DNA of 64,000 nt from positions 33,987-97,986 of the forward strand of contig JBGPGO010000004.1 in assembly GCA_041483895.1 (NCBI GenBank). The letters are read 5' to 3'. The translations under genes and the position numbers were made by a program. Source of the DNA: Fimbriimonadia bacterium. Lineage in GTDB: Bacteria; Armatimonadota; Fimbriimonadia; Fimbriimonadales; JABRVX01. This document shows, one piece after another, positions 9,080-17,514 of the stretch; position 1 is the first letter of the stretch, and the number at the start of each line of letters is the position of its first letter. Under the pieces are notes generated by a model, which searched no databases, was not told the DNA's origin, and saw only the letters and a program-made list of their open reading frames with translations.

Positions 9080-10152
9080 AGGCGGTCACCGTCGGGCAGA
9101 TTGTGGATGCCGTTGAGCGGTGGGCGCCCGCCGGGCTGGCTATGCCGGGAGACAGGATCGGACTGCAGATCGGCGATCCTGCGGCCCCGGTTGAGAAGGT
9201 CGCGGTGGCTCTCGACCCATCGCCCGCCACGATAGAAATGGCGCATGAGGGCGGCTGCCAAATGCTGGTTACCCACCATCCCCTCATCTATCAGCCCCTA
9301 ACGGAAATCGATCCCAGAGATCCTGTCGGGGCGGCGGTATGGAAGCTTTGCCGCGCCGGCATAGCGCTATTGGCCGCGCACACGAACTGGGATGTGGCTG
9401 ACGGGGGCATCAACGACGCGCTGGCGGGAGCGCTGGGCTTGGCGTCTGTGGAGCGGTTCGGCGAAGATGCAGCGATTTCGGATGTCAAGATCGTCACTTT
9501 CGCACCGGCCAACGCGGTCGATGCCTTGATCGACGCGATGACCGCCGCGGGCGCCGGAACCATCGGTCTATATCAGCGATGCGCTTTCACCGGTAAAGGG
9601 ACCGGCACCTTTGAACCGCAGCCGGGGTCGAATCCCGCCGTCGGCGCGGTCGGCAATCGGGAGGCGGTTGCGGAGATGCGCCTAGAGATGCGAGCGCCGT
9701 CTGCCGCGATGGCGGCGGTCGAGCAGGCATTAATGAAGGCGCATCCCTATGATGAACCGGCATACGACATCTATCCGTTGACCAGCGCTCGCCTTTTGGG
9801 ACTAGGACGCGTGGGGACGTTGCCGGAGGAGACGACGCTGGGTGAGTTCTCCCTTTTCGTCAGCAAGCAGCTTGGAAGTCCTGTTCGCTATTGGGGCAGA
9901 GCGGATCGTGCGGTCCGCCGGGTGGCCGTGGTCGGCGGAGCGGGCAGCGACTATCTGGACCGAGCAATCGGTGCGGGTGCGGACGCGCTGGTTACCGGCG
10001 AGGTTCGGCACCACCATACGTGGGCGGCGGAATTCCATGATGTCGGACTATTGGACGCGACCCATTTCGGGACGGAGCAACCCGGCGTGGTGGCGCTTGG
10101 CAAACGCATCGCTCAAGAATTCAAAGATCGCCTGGAAGTGAAGGTCTATTAG
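9076..10152 (+). CDS. Nif3-like dinuclear metal centre protein (YbgI/YqfO family, with inserted domain)
   Basis: MLVTHHPLI and AHTNWD motifs, about 359 aa. The ATG overlaps the yraN stop (ATGA). Confidence 0.85.
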   Translation: MKAVTVGQIVDAVERWAPAGLAMPGDRIGLQIGDPAAPVEKVAVALDPSPATIEMAHEGGCQMLVTHHPLIYQPLTEIDPRDPVGAAVWKLCRAGIALLAAHTNWDVADGGINDALAGALGLASVERFGEDAAISDVKIVTFAPANAVDALIDAMTAAGAGTIGLYQRCAFTGKGTGTFEPQPGSNPAVGAVGNREAVAEMRLEMRAPSAAMAAVEQALMKAHPYDEPAYDIYPLTSARLLGLGRVGTLPEETTLGEFSLFVSKQLGSPVRYWGRADRAVRRVAVVGGAGSDYLDRAIGAGADALVTGEVRHHHTWAAEFHDVGLLDATHFGTEQPGVVALGKRIAQEFKDRLEVKVY

Positions 10153-10214
10153 CAAAAAACGCGAGCTAGTGCATTTACTGGGTGGCGGATTCGGCATGTT
10201 TGCTGTATAATGGC

Positions 10215-10511
10215 TGCATTGAGATGTGGGAGGCGCTTGCCGACCTACACTGAGTTGGAGGATGGTGACGCTGTTACTTTCCAAAAATTCTCTGTGGCAC
10301 ACCTTCTGCGTCTTTAGAAGGGTAGAGCAAAGCCTGCCCTCCAAGAGGACACTAAGACCCTAACCTGTAGATGGTAACTGACCAAGCAAACAACAAAAAA
10401 AATAAATAAAAAAATAGGGTTCAAAAAAGAGCCCAAATATTTTCGAGTTAAAATTGGACTCGATACACTCTGACCTACAAGTGCCGAGAATTGTCTCGGC
10501 CTTTTCTTTTT
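10215..10511 (+). ncRNA. candidate unclassified small RNA or long structured 3' UTR
   Basis: TATAAT sits at 10206-10211. An AT-rich tract (caaacaacaaaaaaaataaataaaaaaa) and several local hairpins (GGGTTC-A6-GAGCCC; TCGAGT...ACTCGA) follow. The region ends in a clean intrinsic terminator. No convincing ORF, and no tmRNA, RNase P or SRP signature seen. Confidence 0.3.
10483..10511 (+). terminator. intrinsic terminator
   Basis: GCCGAGA-attg-TCTCGGC followed by CTTTTCTTTTT. Confidence 0.75.
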
Positions 10512-10515
10512 AATC

Positions 10516-10668
10516 CCCCGTAACGCTGCCTTCCAGGCGGCATTGACTTCTTTTGTGCCGGCAAGATGCCAGCGCTCCCGTAACGCTGCCTTCCAGGCGG
10601 CATTGACCTTTTGTGCCGGCAAGATGCCAGCGTTACGGGAAGCCGCCTGGAAGGCAGCGTTACGGGGG
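10516..10668. repeat. REP-like hairpin repeat cluster (family B: CGTAACGCTGCCTTCCAGGCGGC plus GTGCCGGCAAGATGCCAGCG)
   Basis: Two direct copies of a ~59-bp unit are followed by an inverted copy (GCCGCCTGGAAGGCAGCGTTACGG). The family recurs at 47788-47950 and 59495-59518. Confidence 0.85.
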
Positions 10669-10682
10669 AGATACAATGGGGC

Positions 10683-11207
10683 ATGTCGCTGCATGAAGAG
10701 GTCCTCCACTCGGAAACCATCTACGAAGGCCGGGTCATCACCGTCCGACTCGACAGAATACGACTGCCGGACGGGACCGAGTCGACCCGGGAAGTCGTGA
10801 TCCATCAGGGCGCGGTCGCAATTGTGCCGTTCCTTAGCTCGGAAACGCTCCTGATGGTCCGGCAATATCGCCGGGCCGTTGACGAGGTTCTGCTGGAACT
10901 TCCCGCAGGCACGCGCGAACCCGGCGAACCGACTGATACCTGTGCCGCCCGAGAATTGGAAGAAGAGACGGGGTACCGAGCGGGATCGCTGCGCCGGCTG
11001 TTCAAGCAGTATTTAGCGCCCGGCTATTCTAGCGAGTGCTTGGTTGTGTATGAGGCGAGGGATTTGACCCCGGGAACCTATCGGCCTGATTTTGATGAAA
11101 GGCTGGAAGTGGTGGAGGTTCCTGTCAGTGAGGTCGCCGGTAAAATCACGGGCGGCGAGATCAAGGACGCTAAATCCATCGCCGGACTTCTGGTAGCTTT
11201 GCGGTGA
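10683..11207 (+). CDS. Nudix hydrolase, ADP-ribose pyrophosphatase-like
   Basis: Nudix box GTREPGEPTDTCAARELEEETG and an NudF-like N-terminal beta domain. Start at the ATG giving MSLHEEV. Confidence 0.8.
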   Translation: MSLHEEVLHSETIYEGRVITVRLDRIRLPDGTESTREVVIHQGAVAIVPFLSSETLLMVRQYRRAVDEVLLELPAGTREPGEPTDTCAARELEEETGYRAGSLRRLFKQYLAPGYSSECLVVYEARDLTPGTYRPDFDERLEVVEVPVSEVAGKITGGEIKDAKSIAGLLVALR

Positions 11208-11301
11208 TCGCCATAAAATTCGCCGATGAACCGAATAGGGCATTATTCATGTCTCTCTTGACGTAGAATGTTCCGTATATGCAATTGGAGGCTATGACGC
11301 T

Positions 11302-12765
11302 TTGAAATTGAAGTCCCGCAAGTTGCTCCCCCTTATCTTTCTTCCTGTGGCGGCGATTGCGTTTGGCGGCGGATTTTGGCTCAAGCATAACGCCGTCAGT
11401 TACGGAACCCGAACCGTAGCGGTCGAAGAGGACACAATGGGGAGGCAGTACGCCTCCCTCAAACCGGAGCGCAGCCCGCTCGATACCTTCTTCACCGTAT
11501 TTGCCCATCTTCGCCGCTATTATGTGGACGAAAAAGACATTACCGACCAGACGAAGCTGTCCTATGGCGCGCTGCGAGGGGCCGCGCTCTACTTTAATGA
11601 CCCCGACACCCGATTCATGGAACCGAAAGAGTTTGCCAAATACCGGGCGGAGATAGACGGCACATTCCAGGGGATCGGCGCCACCGTGGCCGTTCAGCGC
11701 GTGGTCGATCCGGTGACATCGGATGCGATGCGGCATGAATTGGAAAAGCTGCTCGATCGCATGCATCAGCAGGGGGAAGACGACGCGGACGTCGGGATAA
11801 CGGCGAATTCCATCACGAAATCCTATCTCGCGGTTTTAGCGCCTGTTCCGGGTGGACCGGCCGACAAAGCCGGCCTGCTTCCGGGGGACCGGATCGAATA
11901 TATCAACGGCAAATGGGTGCTTTCTTATAACCCGAACTTGGATTTTCTCGAGGTGGTTACCGCGTGGCGGAACAAAAAGATTACCCGCCAGGAATATGAC
12001 GCGGCGTTCAACAAGCTGGAATCCCGCGTCAATGAGTCGATCACTCCCGGCGAGGCGCTCGAGCTGCTGACAAGTTCTGAGAAGCCGATCAAAGTGAAGG
12101 TTCGCCGGAACGCCGGCAATCAGTTGGTTGAGGCGACTATCGCGCCCGGAAAGTCCGAGCTGGAGGCCGCGACGTGGAGCGATCTGGGCGGCACGGGCTA
12201 CATTCGAATTGCGACCTTCTCCGATCACACGACGGGGCTCGTGCGCTCGGCGATCAACACTTTGCAGAGCAAGGGAGTTCACGACTTCGTGCTCGATCTT
12301 CGCAGCAACAGCCGCGGAACTCGGCAGACCATGCTGGAAACGCTCGGCCTGTTCCTGCCAAAAGGCAGCGTAGCGCAGGTGAAGGCGCGGCAGAACGTTG
12401 ACACCAAGTCGCCGCTGACGATAGATGGCGAGCCGGTCGCCAAGGGCAAGTTTGTGGTTCTCGTCAATCGAGGAACAGCGAACTTGGCTGAAGTGTTCGC
12501 TTCCGCCCTAAAGGAACGCGCGGGAGCGAAGCTGGTCGGCGACCCAACGGCGGGCGATCCGATGGCGGTCGATAGCTACGAGCTGCCCGATCACTCGGCC
12601 CTCATCTATACGTCCGGCAAATACTTTACGAGCAATGGGACGGATTTCGGCGGCGCGGGACTGAAGCCGGATGTGAGTGTGGCGGCGGGAAAGGTGGCGG
12701 ATCCGGCCAGTGACCCGGCCGTTGCCGAAGCGAAAAAGGTTGTGCGAGCGGAGGTGACCGGCTAA
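11302..12765 (+). CDS. S41 family peptidase (C-terminal processing protease-like, divergent)
   Basis: FQGIGA, PDZ segment (PGGPADKAGLLPGDRI) and VLVNRGTANLAEVFASAL. TTG start, N-terminal TM helix. Confidence 0.75.
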   Translation: MKLKSRKLLPLIFLPVAAIAFGGGFWLKHNAVSYGTRTVAVEEDTMGRQYASLKPERSPLDTFFTVFAHLRRYYVDEKDITDQTKLSYGALRGAALYFNDPDTRFMEPKEFAKYRAEIDGTFQGIGATVAVQRVVDPVTSDAMRHELEKLLDRMHQQGEDDADVGITANSITKSYLAVLAPVPGGPADKAGLLPGDRIEYINGKWVLSYNPNLDFLEVVTAWRNKKITRQEYDAAFNKLESRVNESITPGEALELLTSSEKPIKVKVRRNAGNQLVEATIAPGKSELEAATWSDLGGTGYIRIATFSDHTTGLVRSAINTLQSKGVHDFVLDLRSNSRGTRQTMLETLGLFLPKGSVAQVKARQNVDTKSPLTIDGEPVAKGKFVVLVNRGTANLAEVFASALKERAGAKLVGDPTAGDPMAVDSYELPDHSALIYTSGKYFTSNGTDFGGAGLKPDVSVAAGKVADPASDPAVAEAKKVVRAEVTG

Positions 12766-14060
12766 TGAAGCGTCGCGGTTCAATTATCATCACGGCAGTT
12801 CTCGGTATGGCATTTATCGGATCGGCCTTCGTCGTTGGATACTCTTGGGACAGCCTGACCAATCCGCCGAGAGCCGTCGCCGAATTGCGCGAAATGCCCG
12901 AGCGGCTCTCCCTCGTATTCGGCCCACGGAAAGACACCGGCACAGTTCTTCCCACCGTCCAGACCTATTCAGACGCGATGACACAGTTGGAGAGCCGGCA
13001 TTACCAGTCTGTCGATCCCATCAAATTGACCTATTCCGCGATCTCCGGGATGATGGGCGCCCTGAACGACCCCTACACGCGATTCATGCCTCCGAAGGCG
13101 TGGAAGGCGATGGAGGACGATACGCGCGGCGACTACGTCGGCGTGGGCGCGACGCTCGACCCATCGCCGAAGGGTGCGATTGTTGCCCGGCCGCTGCCGA
13201 ACAGTCCCTGTGTTCGGGCCGGAATCCGCGCCAACGACCTGATCGTCACCGTCGATGGGAAAAATGTCGCCGGTATGGATCTCGAGGAGATCGTGCGCAT
13301 GATCCGCGGCGAAGAGGGCACGTACGTGACAATCGGCATCGAGCGTACCAACAATAGCGCCACAGAATCACTATCGTTCAAATTGCAGCGGTCCCGCGTC
13401 GATTTGCCGACCGTCGAGTACCGCGTCCTTTCCGGTCCCAACAAGATCGGCTATGTTTCGCTGCTGCAGTTCAATGAGAAGGCGACGACCATGCTCGAAG
13501 ACGCGCTGACCGAACTGGAGAAGAAAGGAATCAAGGGGCTGGTTTTGGATGTTCGAGACAATCCCGGCGGCCTTTTGACCCAAGCGATCGGCGTGTCGAG
13601 TCTGTTCATGGACAACAAGTCGGTTGTCATTCAAAAGGCCCGCGACGGCAAAGAGGATGTCAGCTTTTCCATCCCGTCCAGCTACAAGCCGCGCAACTAT
13701 CCCATTGCGGTCCTCATCAACGGCCGGTCGGCGAGCGCTTCGGAGATCGTGTCCGGCGCGCTGCGCGATCATAAGGTTGCGACGCTGGTTGGGGAGAGCT
13801 CTTTTGGAAAAGGCTTGGTGCAGTCCATTTTCCCCCTGGATGATGGGGAGTCTATCTCGATTACGACGGCCCGATACTACACGCCGAACCACGTGGACAT
13901 CAACAAGCACAAGGACGCCGATGGCAAGGAAATCAAGGGCCTGAAGCCGGATGTCGAGGTGGTGCAGAGCAAGGACTATGAATTCGGCAAAGATGAGACC
14001 GATGCGCAACTAAAGAAGGCTGTCGAGGTCATTACGTCGCAGATCGGGAAGAAATCATGA
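12765..14060 (+). CDS. ctpA: carboxy-terminal processing protease (S41A)
   Basis: YVGVGA, PDZ domain, DVRDNPGG, INGRSASASEI and GKGLVQ catalytic Ser/Lys context. Confidence 0.85.
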   Translation: MKRRGSIIITAVLGMAFIGSAFVVGYSWDSLTNPPRAVAELREMPERLSLVFGPRKDTGTVLPTVQTYSDAMTQLESRHYQSVDPIKLTYSAISGMMGALNDPYTRFMPPKAWKAMEDDTRGDYVGVGATLDPSPKGAIVARPLPNSPCVRAGIRANDLIVTVDGKNVAGMDLEEIVRMIRGEEGTYVTIGIERTNNSATESLSFKLQRSRVDLPTVEYRVLSGPNKIGYVSLLQFNEKATTMLEDALTELEKKGIKGLVLDVRDNPGGLLTQAIGVSSLFMDNKSVVIQKARDGKEDVSFSIPSSYKPRNYPIAVLINGRSASASEIVSGALRDHKVATLVGESSFGKGLVQSIFPLDDGESISITTARYYTPNHVDINKHKDADGKEIKGLKPDVEVVQSKDYEFGKDETDAQLKKAVEVITSQIGKKS

Positions 14061-14210
14061 TATAATGATTGGTGCGGACGGCAATACCGTTCGGCCTTGT
14101 TTCATTTTTAACCTTCCAATCCCTTCGCAGTTAACTGCGGGGGGATTCGATTTTGAGCCGCTGTTCGCTATCGCTGCGAGCGACCGGCGGATTGCTTTCG
14201 GATATTTCCG

Positions 14211-14522
14211 TCATTTCTTATTCTTCCAATACTCGACGAGCGCCGCGTTCGATGCCTTCGTTTCAGCGTCTTCACCGTCCCGGGGAGAGTGCGCAAGATC
14301 GGCGTCCATGCCCGACAATGCGTACATGGTGGCGAAGACCACCGAATCGTCGGGGTCGCTGAGAAACGGCTTGACTTGATCGCGATATTTCCGATTGCGG
14401 GCGCCACAAAGATTGAGCAGCGCCATCCGGAGAATCGGCTTATCTTTGACAGCGAGGAGCCGGACGGATGCGTCCGGGCCGCCTGCCATATCGGCCCAGA
14501 TCGCGTGCACCGCGGCGGCCAT
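14211..14522 (-). CDS. hypothetical small helical (HEAT-like) protein
   Basis: 103-aa ORF with plausible composition. It competes with an Arg-rich 205-aa ORF in another frame that looks spurious. Confidence 0.35.
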   Translation of the reverse strand: MAAAVHAIWADMAGGPDASVRLLAVKDKPILRMALLNLCGARNRKYRDQVKPFLSDPDDSVVFATMYALSGMDADLAHSPRDGEDAETKASNAALVEYWKNKK

Positions 14523-14664
14523 GGAGTTCCATGTCTCGACAGGTCATCCTGTCGAGACGGAGCAAAAGGTACCCTGCTCATGAACTGAGCCTCGACGGCA
14601 GGAGCAATCGAGGCATCTGAATTGTGGTAAAATATCATTTCGCTCTTACAATGGGGGTGCATCA

Positions 14665-15345
14665 ATGATAACTGTTCTCCTGCTCGTCGTTGCGTCACTG
14701 GTCGGTCCGAGCGATCCATCGAGTGGACTGTCCGCCGACGCATACGGAAGAGAATTGGTAGATTCCATGAGAGAAGCCTATTCAAAATGCGATGCGTACG
14801 CTGATTTTGGCACGTTCACCACGACCCTTTTGACGCCATCGGGCAAGATTGATAGTTCATATGCAAAGAAGTTTAACACGGTCTATCTTCGCGGCCAAAT
14901 ATACTATTACGCGACAACGAACGCGAAAGACGACTCTTTTCACCAATTCGTGTTATCGGTTGGCAGCTACAATAAAGTTGCAACATCTAGGGTGGAGAAA
15001 CCTCTATCCTTTTCTACCCTCGACTGGGCCTACGGACAATGTCCTTCCCTTACGCTACCATTCTTGGAGGCAAGAGAGGGGTTTACCCTCAACGAAATCG
15101 TTCGCCCAAAGTCACTGACCGAGATTCGCTACGCTGGCGAGGAAACCGTCGGTGGCATCAAGTGCCATATCGTTACCGCCGAGTTGCCGGATTGGGCGGA
15201 CTTGAAACAGGTTCCAACCATTCGTCTCTGGTTCGCTCACAATGACTACATGATTCGTCGCGCGAAGACAGTAACAAAATCATCGAAAGTGACTCATGGC
15301 GAGATAATTAGAGAGTACGTAATCCAGCGTTTAAACCTCAAGTAA
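14665..15345 (+). CDS. hypothetical exported protein (possibly LolA-like fold)
   Basis: N-terminal MITVLLLVVASLV signal, beta-rich sequence, AT-richer codon usage than flanking genes. The fold guess is weak. Confidence 0.5.
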   Translation: MITVLLLVVASLVGPSDPSSGLSADAYGRELVDSMREAYSKCDAYADFGTFTTTLLTPSGKIDSSYAKKFNTVYLRGQIYYYATTNAKDDSFHQFVLSVGSYNKVATSRVEKPLSFSTLDWAYGQCPSLTLPFLEAREGFTLNEIVRPKSLTEIRYAGEETVGGIKCHIVTAELPDWADLKQVPTIRLWFAHNDYMIRRAKTVTKSSKVTHGEIIREYVIQRLNLK

Positions 15346-16046
15346 TTGGTTATGGCAGTGGCCACATCGCAATTTCTGGTATCCGTCCGTTGTTGCAATT
15401 CCGAACTCGTCAAGCGCAGGTTTCGTTGGGGGCCAGTTGAGAGGTTATCGGTATGAGAACCTGCGGCTACAGGGATCTTGCGCTTGGAACTCCGCCGTAT
15501 AGTGTCGATGTTTCGTCTAGGATACTTGCGACGGAAGCTATCAAACTGTCTAATATACTGTTGCGTTCCTGGTGGAAAGCCCGTGATTCCGAGAGGGGAT
15601 CGAAGCAAAATTAATTCGCCCTTGGGCCCGTATTCTAACGGCCACATCGAATCACGCTGCATTTCTCCAGCTTCAGAAGGCACCTCGAACAGGACACTAT
15701 TGAGAAGCCTCAGCGTCATCGGATAATCCCATGGCTTGTTCGTTTGATCTCGAGGCGGAATTGCAATTGCAGATCTTATATCATCTAAGTCGCATTCGGC
15801 AATTTCCGCCATGATCGCCATGATCTTCAAGCGGCCCGCAGTATCTTGAGGCGGCACACGAATCCAAGACGGGCAGGACTGCAACAATTCATAGACATGC
15901 TTCACTTGATTGTCGGACGTTTGCTTTGAAGAAGCGGGATGATCCGTTGAAGACCCACTGCTCGGGGCATTATGGTATGCCCTGTTTGGAACGATCTGCG
16001 CGGAAACTACTAATGTCACGGCACAGGCTAAGATAAGTTGATTCAT
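15294..16046 (-). CDS. hypothetical exported protein, paralogue of 16578..17219
   Basis: Start chosen at MNQLILACAVTLVVSA (signal-like). It shares the motifs LLxSCP, LLNxxLF and a C-terminal PPxTxxY region with the neighbouring ORF. Confidence 0.5.
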   Translation of the reverse strand: MNQLILACAVTLVVSAQIVPNRAYHNAPSSGSSTDHPASSKQTSDNQVKHVYELLQSCPSWIRVPPQDTAGRLKIMAIMAEIAECDLDDIRSAIAIPPRDQTNKPWDYPMTLRLLNSVLFEVPSEAGEMQRDSMWPLEYGPKGELILLRSPLGITGFPPGTQQYIRQFDSFRRKYPRRNIDTIRRSSKRKIPVAAGSHTDNLSTGPQRNLRLTSSELQQRTDTRNCDVATAITNYLRFKRWITYSLIISP

Positions 16047-16542
16047 AATGTGTACCTGTCTTCCGAAAAAAAACGGGCAGCACTGGCACAGAAAACACCT
16101 TTTGGCAGGTTTGCGCTCCCCGGCAAGGCCATGGTGGACCGGAATGCGTAAAACCATGTTGCGGTTTACGCTGAATACCTGGTTGTTTCCCGCAGCGGCA
16201 ATCCCAACAAACACTCTGTTTTTGCAACTCAGGTGCCGATCCCCAGTTTGGATAGGTTTTGGCACTTAGTAAGGATCCGGCCGCATTATCAGTAAACGGA
16301 TAAAAGTTGTGTTTAACTTTCTGGAAATCTTCGTCCGCTACTAACTTCGCCTCCCCTACGACAAAGATTTGTCCTCTTGTACCCTCACCCCCTCCAACAT
16401 TCCACCATACGTCGTGAGCTTCTTTATCTCCGATTTGATAAAGGCAATCGTCCGAACCCTCCTCGATCAAACCAGCAAAAAAACCTTGTCGAATCACTAT
16501 ACGACGCATCGTCCTCGTCCATGCTTCAATAGCTCCAGTCAT
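15970..16542 (-). CDS. hypothetical protein (possibly frameshifted into the next ORF)
   Basis: The N-terminal ~95 aa look protein-like (IVIRQGFFAGLIEEG...IFVVGEAKLVADEDF). The C-terminal part is Cys/Arg/Pro-rich and overlaps the next gene. The alternative frame 16265->16047 reads VFVGIAAAGNNQVFSV. Confidence 0.3.
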   Translation of the reverse strand: MTGAIEAWTRTMRRIVIRQGFFAGLIEEGSDDCLYQIGDKEAHDVWWNVGGGEGTRGQIFVVGEAKLVADEDFQKVKHNFYPFTDNAAGSLLSAKTYPNWGSAPELQKQSVCWDCRCGKQPGIQRKPQHGFTHSGPPWPCRGAQTCQKVFSVPVLPVFFRKTGTHYESTYLSLCRDISSFRADRSKQGIP

Positions 16543-16577
16543 ATGAGAGCCCAACAAGCCGAAGCAGAGCAAACTAT

Positions 16578-17219
16578 TTAGGGTGATTTCCTGGGTGCAT
16601 AAACACACGCCTTTCTAAGACTGATAAAATGGCTCAAAGGATCGTAATCAGTCTTCGGCGGAGGTCCAAGGTAGATGCTTGTTACGTAGGTGGCTGCCAA
16701 TCGAGCGTTGCCCGAGCTGTCGAAAACGAAGAAATCGGTTGGCTTCGCCAGGGCTGATTTCACACGATCAGACGGTTCCGGTGAAAAAATGAATTCTGAA
16801 TAAACGGTGATCTTGTCAGCCTCTGGGCATCCAAGGAAGAGATACATGTTCAACAAATAAATCAACAGTCGATGCTGTAATGTGTATGTGTTACCGAGAT
16901 ACTTAATTATTGCAACGTATATTTCCCCTAATGAATACTCCTCAATTCGGCGAAACGCCGCAGTGATTTTCGGCAAGTCCTCCAAACTCCTATCCTCGAC
17001 GTTCGGACAACTCATTAGAAGCCTAAATATCACATCAACGTGCATGTTTGCCACATCTTCGTCGCCCGGTAACGTGCCGCCAAAACATAATTCAGACGGA
17101 TCGCGATGTTTGTGGTGGGCATAGAAGGGTTCAGAAGATTTCTGTCCGAGATCACTTTGCGAGGTCTGTGGATTTGTACAGTGTCCGCCGATGAGGCTCA
17201 TAACGATCCATGCAAGCAT
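16578..17219 (-). CDS. hypothetical protein, paralogue of 15294..16046
   Basis: 213-aa ORF in the AT-richer island with a hydrophobic N-terminus. Similar to the other copy along most of its length. Confidence 0.5.
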   Translation of the reverse strand: MLAWIVMSLIGGHCTNPQTSQSDLGQKSSEPFYAHHKHRDPSELCFGGTLPGDEDVANMHVDVIFRLLMSCPNVEDRSLEDLPKITAAFRRIEEYSLGEIYVAIIKYLGNTYTLQHRLLIYLLNMYLFLGCPEADKITVYSEFIFSPEPSDRVKSALAKPTDFFVFDSSGNARLAATYVTSIYLGPPPKTDYDPLSHFISLRKACVYAPRKSP

Positions 17220-17332
17220 ATTGTCACCACCTATCTAATAATTCCAATCGTACCAAGGCCTGGGGCAAACGGAATGCACGTTTCCTTCCCAATTCCATCA
17301 CAATCGAAATATTCCCAAGGACCCTGCGGCAT

Positions 17333-17500
17333 TGTAATCCCTCAACAATCACATTGTTGAGGGGACTCTGGCTCTTCCTTAGCGGATGTTACCAGGAAAC
17401 CGTCAACCTCGCTCGCGGCGGAGTTTTTCAGGTCACAGCCGCATCCGGGGCGGCGTGAACAGCAATAGCCCCTCAACAATGTGATTGTTGAGGGATTACA
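17333..17500. repeat. 168-bp element with perfect 32-nt terminal inverted repeats, each arm itself a palindrome (family C: CCCTCAACAAT-nnn-ATTGTTGAGGG)
   Basis: tgtaatccctcaacaatcacattgttgagggg at 17333-17364 is the exact reverse complement of 17469-17500. A third copy of the palindrome lies at 24429-24453 inside a GT9 gene. Confidence 0.8.
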
Positions 17501-17514
17501 GTCTTGGCTGGTCG

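Noticed and set aside
10153-10511. Identification of the candidate RNA as tmRNA, RNase P RNA, SRP RNA or 6S RNA
   Set aside because: I saw no tRNA-like acceptor/T-arm with a GGTTCGA-type loop, no tag ORF ending in a hydrophobic tail, no RNase P conserved GGAAAGTCCGG-like block, and no SRP domain IV motif. It is kept only as an unclassified candidate.
14168-14785. 205-aa minus-strand ORF
   Set aside because: It is Arg/Ser/Pro-rich and lies in an alternative frame to the more protein-like 103-aa ORF (14211..14522). It also overlaps the start of the + strand gene at 14665.
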